From the IMG/VR virus record IMGVR_UViG_3300010885_080481: a stretch of 64,000 nucleotides of DNA. The stretch is one strand, 5' to 3'. The translations under genes and the position numbers were made by a program. The first letter of the stretch is position 1; each line of letters starts with the position of its first letter. Below, one piece after another: positions 1 through 8,969 of the stretch. The notes under the pieces were generated by a model. That model was not told the DNA's origin. It saw only the letters and a list, made by a program, of their open reading frames with translations, and made no database searches. Source of the stretch: a virus (Duplodnaviria; Caudoviricetes).

Positions 1-49
1 ATCGAAATTAATATCTGCCATCAACGTATTTTCCGCCTTAGGCGATCAA

Positions 50-1498
50 TTGCTGAATTCAAGACGACAAACTGCGAAAGTAACTGGTCCTGACGGCAAA
101 GAGGTGACAATCGAATTGACTCCTGCCAACGAGTTGATGCATTCCGCTGTTAGAAAGCACAGATTAACGACCTATGAAGTCGTTTCGGGCGGCGGTCTGC
201 TGAATCCTGAAACAGCGAATAAAACCGCGGCAAAGCAGTACGATCCGACCTTGGCTTGGAGCTCTCAGCGAGCACCTTCGATGTATCTGCTGCCTCCTGC
301 CATCACAAATTTACAGCTTAATGATGCTGCCAACGTCCTAGGTTCATTCAAAGGTGTTTCCGCGTTAGATAATGACAAGGCCGTTATAGCTGCTCAGCGA
401 GTCAATAACAGGATCAGCGACGCTGACAGGAAGATCTTCGAGTCCCGCCTCGAGGCAGAGTATGTTCCCTTTTATTTTCATGACGTCAGAACCAACGAAA
501 TTATATCATTCCACGCGTTCCTGGCTTCTATAGGAGACAGCTTCAACATTGCTTACGATTCTGTCGAGGCCTTTGGCCGCGTAGAACCCATCAAGATTTA
601 CAAATCAACAACTCGTAAGATTGACATGAGCTTTTACCTTATCTCTACTTCAGTGACGGATTTTGATCACATGTGGCATAAGATCAATAAATTAACCACA
701 ATGATCTATCCACAATACACGAAAGGAAGGTTGCTGACGACTGAAGGCGCACAAATGAGAGCTCCATTCAGCCAACTCGTCGGCGCATCTCCCTTGATAA
801 GAATCAGGCTCGGTGATCTCTTCAAGTCCAACTATTCTCGATTCGCATTGGCCCGTCTCTTCGGCGCAGCCGACGGGGACATGAAAACAACGCCACAAAG
901 CGCCGAACTAACTCCTGTCGAATTTTCTCCACCAGATCCGAAAAAATATATTGCGGATTTGAAAAAATTCAATGATCGAAAGGGGAGTCCAACAAAGGGT
1001 GACACAGGATTTTTGCGATCAAATTCAGGCAAACCTATAACGGTAACCGCCGTGGAGCTCGGCGGGACAGAGTTCCGTTATAAGTCTCAGGAGTCGCAAA
1101 CAGAAAAATTAGCGTTTAATTCTGAATTCATCCCAGACGCAGATACGGAGCAAAAAATAGTAAAAGAAATATTCGGCGAGACGTCTGCTTATTCTGCATT
1201 GACAGAATTCATGAATCCCACGGGCAATGCAATTGTTAAGTCATTTGAATCAGCAGGTGGCAAAGGTCTCGCAGGCTTCATAGACAATATGTCATTTGAT
1301 TGGTATGACAAGGTGACGTGGGAGATAGATTCTGGTCGCACGGCCCCGAAGATGTGTAAGATCATCATATCGTTCTCACCAGTGCACGACATAACTCCTG
1401 GTATTGATCACCTCGGGTATAATCGTGCTCCGATCTATGGCGTCGGCGCCGCCATGAATTCAACTTCTGCCACGTTTAGTGATCCCGGGGGCAGATGA
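50..1498 (+). CDS. Baseplate/tail-tube-initiator-like structural protein, probably 5'-truncated by the window edge
   Basis: The frame appears open upstream of the TTG at 50. Segments 'PFYFHDVRTNEIISFHAF...DSF...GRVEPIKIYKSTTRKIDMSF' and 'GFIDNMSFDW...WE...APKMCKIIISF' resemble tube-fold baseplate proteins. It lies next to a LysM/gp53-like gene. Confidence 0.5.
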   Translation: MLNSRRQTAKVTGPDGKEVTIELTPANELMHSAVRKHRLTTYEVVSGGGLLNPETANKTAAKQYDPTLAWSSQRAPSMYLLPPAITNLQLNDAANVLGSFKGVSALDNDKAVIAAQRVNNRISDADRKIFESRLEAEYVPFYFHDVRTNEIISFHAFLASIGDSFNIAYDSVEAFGRVEPIKIYKSTTRKIDMSFYLISTSVTDFDHMWHKINKLTTMIYPQYTKGRLLTTEGAQMRAPFSQLVGASPLIRIRLGDLFKSNYSRFALARLFGAADGDMKTTPQSAELTPVEFSPPDPKKYIADLKKFNDRKGSPTKGDTGFLRSNSGKPITVTAVELGGTEFRYKSQESQTEKLAFNSEFIPDADTEQKIVKEIFGETSAYSALTEFMNPTGNAIVKSFESAGGKGLAGFIDNMSFDWYDKVTWEIDSGRTAPKMCKIIISFSPVHDITPGIDHLGYNRAPIYGVGAAMNSTSATFSDPGGR

Positions 1499-1516
1499 TA
1501 TTAAAGGGCAAATAAA

Positions 1517-1813
1517 ATGGCAATTTCTAGGTATCAAAATGCTCCTCTTCTATCATTAGGATCGCAATACGGAACTTCAAACGCGGTTTCTATCATTCGC
1601 CGAGGAGTCACAACCGGATTCATCCCAATCACGACGACTGTCGTTCTACAAGGCAATCAAAGGTTGGATCATCTTGCTGCAATTTATTATAAAGATTCTA
1701 GGTACTGGTGGGTCCTCGCCGCCGCGAGCGATGTAGGTTGGGGTTTACAATTACCACCAGGAACTGTAATTTCGGTTCCTGATCTGCAAGAAGTCATTAA
1801 CGCGCTAGGATAA
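1517..1813 (+). CDS. Baseplate wedge / LysM-like (gp53 or tail-X-like) protein
   Basis: 'RLDHLAAIYYKDSRYWWVLAAAS...LPPGTVISVP' is the typical LysM-like pattern of contractile-tail baseplate proteins. Confidence 0.6.
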   Translation: MAISRYQNAPLLSLGSQYGTSNAVSIIRRGVTTGFIPITTTVVLQGNQRLDHLAAIYYKDSRYWWVLAAASDVGWGLQLPPGTVISVPDLQEVINALG

Positions 1814-1819
1814 GTCTGA

Positions 1820-4800
1820 ATGGCTAATAACCAAAAATCAATCATAGATTTTTACAGAGACTTTGAAACGACTGGCATTCAAGGCGCCCGCATCATTTCT
1901 CGAAGCTTTAACGGGAAGTTGCAAAATCCCGACGTGACTTTTGAGAAAATTTTCAAGCTGTTGTATCCTGATTCTGCGGCCTTAGGTTCAGCAGAAGAAA
2001 TGTGGAACGTGCTGAAAGAATTAGGTACTGCTCCTCCCGCCTCTCAGCAAGGCAACACATCTCCTGATAACGAAACCGCGAAAGAAATCACAAAATTATT
2101 AAGAATATATCATACCTCCTTCAAAGGTGATGCACCTTTGAGTAGTGAAATAAGAAAATTTTATGTGGAAGGTGGACGTCCATCAGCATACAAGGCGTAC
2201 AACGCTTCAGACGGTGGGTATCTAATAGTAGATAATCCCTTGTTTGCGATTGGAAATGCAGCAAAATCATCATCCAGCGATTCATCTACAAATGGACCGT
2301 CTTTGACGTACATTCTTCTCGATACCCCTAACATTGATATAAAGTTAAGAAATGCTGACAAAGCCTCTGCTTTTCTGAACTATGTGCCTTCTATAATAGC
2401 ATCGCAGCTCCAGCCTTATCTAGACGTGGAGTTCAATTTATCCAGAAATACCACGAAAGAAACCTCGACAGACAAGCGTCTGTCTAGCATGAGTCAGTTA
2501 AAGTTTCTCATGGGACCTGAAGCGATTCAACCTGGTTCTGCAAACGATAAAATTCATGAGGCTTCATTAAAAAGATCAAAATCTCCAGCGCCCGCCGCGG
2601 AAGCCACCCGTAAAGACTTGATAATTCAACAGTTAGAAGGTCAGTATGCCGCTTGGCAGCTCGCGAAGAAACAGTATGAAGACACTGTGAAGACGACCGT
2701 CAAAAATGCGGACGGAAAGCTCGGACTAGGTAAAGCTGCTTATCCTGTCGATCCTCCCACTGATCCCAACAACGCTGCCGCCGTCGCGGCATATATTAAA
2801 AGTATCGACTCAGGTAACAATGTTCCTAATGCTCCTAAAATCGACGGTAAAGAGGTGTTGACTGCAGGCATTGAATTGTTCACTATGCCACAAACATTGT
2901 TGAATATGGACCCTCAATCCAGCGCTGGCCGATTTCAGCCTGTCATCAACCCCACGATGCCTTTTGGTGCAATAACTAACCTCACTATAGACATACGACC
3001 CTCAGTCGGAGTGATGTCTTTTAAGACGGCGACGCTGACGTTGAAGATTTTTGACAGGTCTAGGTTGGTCGAGATCGCAGACTTTCTCAATCCTAAGCTC
3101 TATCAAGCAGTGACATTGTGGTTGACTTACGGTTGGAGAGCTCCAATATTTCCTCTTCAATCGCGTCCTGGCTTGGCTAACGATATTAAGATATACGCAG
3201 ATTTTATTAATGAGAGCATGCTGAGAAGAGAAGCCTACGGCGTGAGAAACGTTAGCGTGTCCACGGAACCCAATGGAGTCACAACAGTTACTTTGTCTCT
3301 TTTTACCCGCGGCGGAGCCGAACTGCTTGAGGTGAAGGATTCTCGTTCAGGTGATTTTGATAAGATAAGAGAAAAAATAGGGGCTGACTTAGAAGAGATT
3401 AAAACATTAACAAAGAAATTTGGGTTGCAAACGTTCGCCGATACAGGGAAAGAACTACGCGGATCGCAAGTCATCTCAGCAGCATTGGCCGGTGACATTA
3501 TAGCCGTCGACACCAAAGAATTAAGCAATATCGCGTCTTCTATAAAGAAAATATTAGAAGAAAAAGGTTTCGTTGAAGAGGCAGGAAGACTAGAGTCTTT
3601 GTTGAAGCAAGTTTATGGAAAATCTTCTGCAGATGGTAAAAGTCTCTTAGATGACAGACTAGAAGGAGCCGCACGGGGCCTCACAAGAAGCAGATTTTAT
3701 GCTTTAGCAAAGGATGAAAGTAAACAGAGTGATGTATGGACCATTCCAAATGAGATCTCAGATGCAAACCAAACTAATAGAGGCAAATTTGCTGATGAAT
3801 CTGACACGCCTCGTCCTAATTTCTTACAAACCCTACGTGCCGCTGACGTCGCTCGAAAAGATCAGGACTTGAGTAAAACATCGAAGGATCAAAGTGGCAA
3901 TCAGTTTTTCGGCGGGTTTCGTAGCTTGTCGTTCGGCAGATTGTTCGCAAGTTATTTTTTTGATGTAGCTAGAGGATTAACTGATAGTAACGTTATTGAT
4001 GATGTTCAAGTGATTTTTTACAACTTGAATTCTTTAGCAGGCCCCGTAGCAAATCTCAATATAGCAGAATTTCCAATAGAAATGGCACCTCTTGAAGAAG
4101 CTTATGCGAAAAAAGTCACCGAACAAAAAGGCGAAAACATGTCTTTCACGACCTTGTTAGAGGTGATAAAAGATTCTCAATTCAGCAGAATGCAGCATGC
4201 AGCTTATGGATTTCAATCTTATTTCGTTCCAGACAAAAAGACTGGTAAGCTAGTTCAGGATGAACGTAATAGCAAATTACTTTCCGAGGCTGTTCTCAAA
4301 AATTATGGCCTTCCTGGAGCTTTCTCGTTGCCGGCCATCGAATTTTACATAGAGACGAGCTTTGCCAACAGCAAATCAAAATTAGAAGTTGATCTTTTAG
4401 AGTCCATTGACTTTTCGCGCCGGGCGCCCACCGGCAACTTAACAAATAATGTCAAGAAGATAATGAGGATTCACGTCTACGACAAGTCGGCGATTCCTCA
4501 CCAAGCCGCGACGCAAATACTCTCTTCTCCCAATGGATACATTGAGCTTGACTCGGAAGTGTATAGAGCGTTGCAAACGCAAAATAGAAATTCCGCAAGT
4601 GGCACAGCGGATGCAAGCAAAAAATTACAACAATTAATTGATAGTTTGAAAACAAAAATAAAAAATATTAACGCCCTCCCCCCGAATCCTACTGACTCCA
4701 ACGCGGACTTTGAAACTTTCAAAAAAATAGCTGCAGAATTGAATCTACCTGAAGGCATTAGCAACGATGAAAAAAAGTTAAAAAGTTTATTCAACGTGTT

Positions 4801-5347
4801 TTCTTTTAAAGAAGGAGGGTCACCTTCTTTTGAAAAAGTGAAACGACAGATTGGGCGATTCGTTCCCACTATTACGATAGGTTCCAATGGATCGATGGTA
4901 GAAAGTTCCAACTATTCGACGGGCAATGACGCTTTATTGAGCACGATCATGATGCTCAGAAATTCTCAAGCTGCTCCAAATCCTGCGCAACCAAATGGTT
5001 CCGGTGTGGGAGACTTGCCTCTTCGCATCATCCCTGGCTCTTTAACGATCAATTCGTTGGGATGTCCTTTGGTCGAGTACATGCAACAATTCTTTGTTGA
5101 CTTGGGTACAGGCACCACGGCTGATAACCTTTACAACGTGACTGGATTGACTCATACATTCACTCCTGGGAAATTTAGCACGCAGATAAAGTTTACGTTC
5201 GCGGATGCTTATGGTCGCTACGAGAGCGCGCAGACCTTCATCGACGGCGTCACGGCTGAACTTACAAAGATGAGCAACGATCTTGAAAAATCTAAAAAAG
5301 CCGAAGAAGACAAAATTAAACAAAGAGGCGGTAAAAAAGTCGGGTAA
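1820..5347 (+). CDS. Large baseplate hub-like structural protein
   Basis: 1175 aa, follows the LysM-like gene. C-terminal 'GSLTINSLGCP...FFVDLGTGTTADNLYNVTGLTHTFTPGKFSTQIKF' resembles the end of GpD/gp27/VgrG hub folds. Confidence 0.45.
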   Translation: MANNQKSIIDFYRDFETTGIQGARIISRSFNGKLQNPDVTFEKIFKLLYPDSAALGSAEEMWNVLKELGTAPPASQQGNTSPDNETAKEITKLLRIYHTSFKGDAPLSSEIRKFYVEGGRPSAYKAYNASDGGYLIVDNPLFAIGNAAKSSSSDSSTNGPSLTYILLDTPNIDIKLRNADKASAFLNYVPSIIASQLQPYLDVEFNLSRNTTKETSTDKRLSSMSQLKFLMGPEAIQPGSANDKIHEASLKRSKSPAPAAEATRKDLIIQQLEGQYAAWQLAKKQYEDTVKTTVKNADGKLGLGKAAYPVDPPTDPNNAAAVAAYIKSIDSGNNVPNAPKIDGKEVLTAGIELFTMPQTLLNMDPQSSAGRFQPVINPTMPFGAITNLTIDIRPSVGVMSFKTATLTLKIFDRSRLVEIADFLNPKLYQAVTLWLTYGWRAPIFPLQSRPGLANDIKIYADFINESMLRREAYGVRNVSVSTEPNGVTTVTLSLFTRGGAELLEVKDSRSGDFDKIREKIGADLEEIKTLTKKFGLQTFADTGKELRGSQVISAALAGDIIAVDTKELSNIASSIKKILEEKGFVEEAGRLESLLKQVYGKSSADGKSLLDDRLEGAARGLTRSRFYALAKDESKQSDVWTIPNEISDANQTNRGKFADESDTPRPNFLQTLRAADVARKDQDLSKTSKDQSGNQFFGGFRSLSFGRLFASYFFDVARGLTDSNVIDDVQVIFYNLNSLAGPVANLNIAEFPIEMAPLEEAYAKKVTEQKGENMSFTTLLEVIKDSQFSRMQHAAYGFQSYFVPDKKTGKLVQDERNSKLLSEAVLKNYGLPGAFSLPAIEFYIETSFANSKSKLEVDLLESIDFSRRAPTGNLTNNVKKIMRIHVYDKSAIPHQAATQILSSPNGYIELDSEVYRALQTQNRNSASGTADASKKLQQLIDSLKTKIKNINALPPNPTDSNADFETFKKIAAELNLPEGISNDEKKLKSLFNVFSFKEGGSPSFEKVKRQIGRFVPTITIGSNGSMVESSNYSTGNDALLSTIMMLRNSQAAPNPAQPNGSGVGDLPLRIIPGSLTINSLGCPLVEYMQQFFVDLGTGTTADNLYNVTGLTHTFTPGKFSTQIKFTFADAYGRYESAQTFIDGVTAELTKMSNDLEKSKKAEEDKIKQRGGKKVG

Positions 5348-5393
5348 CATACTCTCACCTCAGCTTAATAAAATTTCAATAAAGATATAAGTT

Positions 5394-5423
5394 TTGAAAT
5401 TCGACAATCTCTGGTTGTAGATT
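5394..5423 (+). promoter_or_regulatory. Putative sigma70-like promoter TTGAAA-N18-TAGATT
   Basis: Immediately upstream of the PolA-like gene, with the same 18-nt spacing as the GTGYAA class. Confidence 0.4.
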
Positions 5424-5429
5424 GCATTA

Positions 5430-6626
5430 GTGAGCATCACCATTGACTCTTCTGTGCTTGGAACATCGGAACATCTCTGCATAGATCATGATGGTTTCAC
5501 AAGAGTGAAGAATGTTGACAAAGATTCTTGGCATCTTTCAGGCGGAATTAAATTGACATCAACTCGTTGTTGGGACACAGCTCTCAAATTAGCTGGCAGG
5601 TATTCTCTACCAACTCCTCCAGAAAAGTATAGGAAAATGATGAATGTGGTGATGCCCTTTGATTCAAAGGCGCCACCTTGGTCTTACGTCATGCCTAAAG
5701 CTGAATATCAGACTTACTTTAAGGAAGTAGTCTCTTCAGCTTCTATTCATGACCTAGACACCAGCTATTATGAGAACATTTGGATTCATGGCAATCAGCT
5801 ATTGAGTTCGCTGCGCGCTGCGAAAGTCGACGGACAGACGATAGACAAGTTGATTGCGGAATCAGTTCATTCCTCTTCCACTGTTTCATCTTTCACTCCT
5901 AGAGCTGGTGGATATGCACAACCTGTTGTTTACGATAGGTTTGGCACCGTCACAGGACGATTGGTCGTAGAATCTGGGCCAAACATTTTATTACTGAAGA
6001 AAGAACACAGGTCGATATTAAGACCATCAACTCCAGGTGGATCCATCGTCTCTCTTGATTTTTCCGCCCTCGAGGCCCGAATTCTTTTATACGAATCCGG
6101 TGGAACATGCGGAGATGAGGATCTCTATGAGTCTATTGCTCGTCGTGTTGGTTCAACATCTCGTTCCGTCGTCAAAGCAGCTGTTTTAGCCGAGCTCTAT
6201 GGGTCATCAAAAAATGCTTTGGCATTGACGCTGGGGATGTCAAACGAACATTTATCAGAATTTATTCGTAAGGTTGAGGAGGTGATCAACACAAAGAAGC
6301 TCCTTGCCTCTCTAAAAAAACAATTTTCTAAAGAAGGATGGATCACAAATAAATATGGCCGGCGGATAGAGGTATCTCGACCGCAGGACAACATCTTTGT
6401 GAACTATTACGCTCAAAGCACAGGTGTGGACGTGTCCCTCTTCGGGTTCAATAAGATCTTAAATGACCTGGGATTTGATGGAATCAGACCCTTATTCGTT
6501 CTTCATGACGCCTTGATCCTTGATGTCAGAGAAGACCGCCTGAAAGACGTGGAGGGCGTGAAGTCAGTTTCCGTGCCAGGGTATTCTAACAAGTTTCCTC
6601 TTAAGCTAGAGACGCTTCAAGGCTAA
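5430..6626 (+). CDS. Family A DNA polymerase, polymerase domain only
   Basis: 'TVTGRL', motif A 'DFSALEARIL', motif B 'RSVVKAAVLAELYG', motif C 'VLHDAL'. Only 398 aa; no exonuclease motifs seen. Confidence 0.8.
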   Translation: MSITIDSSVLGTSEHLCIDHDGFTRVKNVDKDSWHLSGGIKLTSTRCWDTALKLAGRYSLPTPPEKYRKMMNVVMPFDSKAPPWSYVMPKAEYQTYFKEVVSSASIHDLDTSYYENIWIHGNQLLSSLRAAKVDGQTIDKLIAESVHSSSTVSSFTPRAGGYAQPVVYDRFGTVTGRLVVESGPNILLLKKEHRSILRPSTPGGSIVSLDFSALEARILLYESGGTCGDEDLYESIARRVGSTSRSVVKAAVLAELYGSSKNALALTLGMSNEHLSEFIRKVEEVINTKKLLASLKKQFSKEGWITNKYGRRIEVSRPQDNIFVNYYAQSTGVDVSLFGFNKILNDLGFDGIRPLFVLHDALILDVREDRLKDVEGVKSVSVPGYSNKFPLKLETLQG

Positions 6627-6662
6627 TGAACATTGTATCATTGGTGCTATAATGTGATTTCC

Positions 6663-7259
6663 ATGAGTTTAAGTCCTGAAGAAATTGCAGCTAATTTTGA
6701 CAAGTTTCGTTCTTTGTGCGAGAGATTGGGTGATAGATCATCAGCGGCTCTTGCCTTGGTTGATCACTTTGGAGAGAGGTTGGCACTATGTCCCGCCTCA
6801 GGTCGTAAAGATTTTCATTTAGCAATCCCAGGAGGATTGGTCGATCATTCGTTGCGAGTTCTTTCCAATGCAATGAAATTGTGCAAGGCGTTCGAACATA
6901 ACATTGCAAAAGATTCTCTCATCATAGGTTGCTTATTCCATGATATCGGCAAATTAGGAGACGTAGAGCATGATTATTACGTTCCTCAAGATTCCGATTG
7001 GCACCGGGAGAAGCTCGGTGAAAACTACAAACATAACAAAAGCATCAAGTATATGACAGTTCCCCACAGAGGAGTGTGGCTTTGCCAAAATTTTGGTCTA
7101 CGCCTCAATCAAGACGAGTGGTTATCCATTATGTTGAATGATGGATGGGTGCTTCAAGAAAATAAGGCGTACTGTCTAAAAGAATCAGATCTTGTTCACG
7201 TGGTGCAGACAGCAGACTATATCTCGACGAAGCAAGAAAAAGAATCCGTTGACGAATAG
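6663..7259 (+). CDS. HD-domain phosphohydrolase
   Basis: 'GGLVDHSLRV' ... 'LFHDIGK' ... 'ADY'. Start placed at ATG 6663, downstream of TATAAT 6648-6653. Confidence 0.75.
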   Translation: MSLSPEEIAANFDKFRSLCERLGDRSSAALALVDHFGERLALCPASGRKDFHLAIPGGLVDHSLRVLSNAMKLCKAFEHNIAKDSLIIGCLFHDIGKLGDVEHDYYVPQDSDWHREKLGENYKHNKSIKYMTVPHRGVWLCQNFGLRLNQDEWLSIMLNDGWVLQENKAYCLKESDLVHVVQTADYISTKQEKESVDE

Positions 7260-7268
7260 TTAGGGTGT

Positions 7269-7481
7269 ATGAATGATATTTTACGCCGCTACATCGTAGA
7301 AGTTATTAAGACGGATTCCTTGGTAGACGAGGATGAAGAAAATTCAGAATCAGACGTCAACGAATTTAGCGGCGTTGCATCCATTGCAGGTTTCACTGCA
7401 CCTCTAGGCATGTCTGGTCAAGATATGCAAGGTCCTGGGGTCAAAGAGAGAAAAAAGAAGAAAAAGTCGACTTGGAAATGA
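7269..7481 (+). CDS. Small hypothetical protein with shared N-terminal peptide
   Basis: MNDILRRYIVEVIK...; preceded by ATAGTTA 7256-7262. Confidence 0.6.
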   Translation: MNDILRRYIVEVIKTDSLVDEDEENSESDVNEFSGVASIAGFTAPLGMSGQDMQGPGVKERKKKKKSTWK

Positions 7482-7482
7482 C

Positions 7483-7791
7483 ATGAAACGTCTGATCCTA
7501 CCTTACTTTTCTTTGTTCGTTTTAGGGGTTCTAGGGGCTCATATAACAAAGAAAGTTCAAAGTGGAACTTTTCCTATATGGGCCACCATAGGGCCTTCTA
7601 TCTTCAGTGGTGTGCTGTGGGGGTGGATTGCACAGAGATCACAGAGTCTTAGCCTCATGTCTGTGCTCTTTGATGTCGTTTATACGGCCGCGTTCGTTTT
7701 TGGTTTTTTTCTCTTAGGAGATAGACTCACACCTCTTCAGATTGCAGGATTCGTCGTGTCACTCATCGGTGTCGTAATGATGGCAGCTTGA
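7483..7791 (+). CDS. Small DMT/SMR-like membrane protein
   Basis: 102 aa with about four hydrophobic helices; C-terminal 'FFLLGDRLTPLQIAGFVVSLIGVVMM' is the DMT signature region. Confidence 0.6.
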   Translation: MKRLILPYFSLFVLGVLGAHITKKVQSGTFPIWATIGPSIFSGVLWGWIAQRSQSLSLMSVLFDVVYTAAFVFGFFLLGDRLTPLQIAGFVVSLIGVVMMAA

Positions 7792-7896
7792 TTCACACTA
7801 TCGTGATATTTATATTGTCGACTTGATCGGCGCGGAATCGGGTTAGGAAGAGGCAAAAATGCAAGACCTACTTTTGTTCTGTCCTGAAAGGACATC

Positions 7897-7926
7897 GTGC
7901 AAAGATTACTCAACGAATGTTAGTTT
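7897..7926 (+). promoter_or_regulatory. Putative early/middle promoter GTGCAA-N18-TAGTTT
   Basis: One of six GTGYAA-N18-TAnnnT sites; upstream of the SSB gene. Confidence 0.55.
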
Positions 7927-7933
7927 GATACAA

Positions 7934-8051
7934 CTCTTTCGTTGCAGGTTAGGTTGACAAACACTCGGATTGATAAGCTCGATCGCTTATGACACGGTGT
8001 CATAACATCGAAAATTGAAGTCGAAAGAGGAAGCGGAATAGGAAAACAAAA
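7934..8051 (+). promoter_or_regulatory. Structured 5' leader of the SSB gene
   Basis: CTCTTTCG 7934-7941 pairs with CGAAAGAG 8022-8029. Internal hairpins ATAAGC/GCTTAT (7973-7990) and TTATGACAC-G-GTGTCATAA (7987-8005). Confidence 0.45.
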
Positions 8052-8891
8052 ATGGCAATTGATCTAGAAGCAATTAAGCGTCGTGTTGCAGAGCTCAGTG
8101 GCGTGAGGAAGACGTCGTCCGTTCAGATGTGGAAGCCACAAATTGGAGAATATAAGATTCGCTGTCTGCCTTGGAAGAATTCTCCTGAAGGCCAGCCTTT
8201 TGCAGAGAGGTGGTTTTACTACATCGGAGAGAATGCAGGCCTCCTTGCTCCAAATCAGTTTGGAAAGCCAGATCCAATCAACGATCTGATCCGTAAGCTG
8301 TACAGCAGCGGCAAGCCTGACGATCGAGTTCTTGCAAAGAAGCTTGCGCCTAAGATGCGTTGTTATGCCCCCGTCATCGTCCGCGGTGAGGAGGATAAAG
8401 GTGTGCAGGTCTGGGCTTTCGGTAAGATCGTCTACCAACGTATGCTTGGTTTCTTCCTCGATGAGGAGGTCGGCGATATTCTAGATCCAAATCAAGGATT
8501 TGATTTGAAAGTGACGATCTCAAAAGCCCCCGGTAAACAGTTCAATGATACGATGGTGGATCCTGCTCGACGACCTTCAAAGCTTCATGAGGATCAAAAA
8601 ACCATGGCAACTTGGCTGGAGAATATTCCAAACATCGATGACATGTATCGTCTAAAGTCCACTCAAGAGATTGAAGCTGTTCTCAACAATTGGCTCAACG
8701 GTGGTGCTACTGATGACACACCAACAGAGACAACCCGTGGTCCAGCCACAGCAGATGCTCTTGATGACTTGGTTGCTGAAGTAAAAGCCTCATCGCCAGA
8801 CAAACCAAAGAAAGTAAAGAAAGCTGATGATGACTCTCCAAAGAAACAATCATTAGATGATGCGTTCGCAGACCTGATGGGCGACGAGTGA
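8052..8891 (+). CDS. Single-stranded DNA-binding protein, T4 gp32-like
   Basis: 'WKP...YKIRCLP...PF...DPI...VIVRGEEDKGVQVWAFGKIVY...DILDPNQGFDLKV' with an acidic tail 'LDDAFADLMGDE'. Confidence 0.8.
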   Translation: MAIDLEAIKRRVAELSGVRKTSSVQMWKPQIGEYKIRCLPWKNSPEGQPFAERWFYYIGENAGLLAPNQFGKPDPINDLIRKLYSSGKPDDRVLAKKLAPKMRCYAPVIVRGEEDKGVQVWAFGKIVYQRMLGFFLDEEVGDILDPNQGFDLKVTISKAPGKQFNDTMVDPARRPSKLHEDQKTMATWLENIPNIDDMYRLKSTQEIEAVLNNWLNGGATDDTPTETTRGPATADALDDLVAEVKASSPDKPKKVKKADDDSPKKQSLDDAFADLMGDE

Positions 8892-8898
8892 TTTAACT

Positions 8899-8944
8899 GT
8901 TCAAGCGCCGGGGAATTTTAATTTTCCCCGGCGCTTGAACTATT
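8899..8944 (+). terminator. Intrinsic terminator-like hairpin after SSB
   Basis: 17-bp perfect stem GTTCAAGCGCCGGGGAA / TTCCCCGGCGCTTGAAC followed by TATTT. Confidence 0.65.
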
Positions 8945-8969
8945 TAGTGAGTTAAAAGGATAATACACT

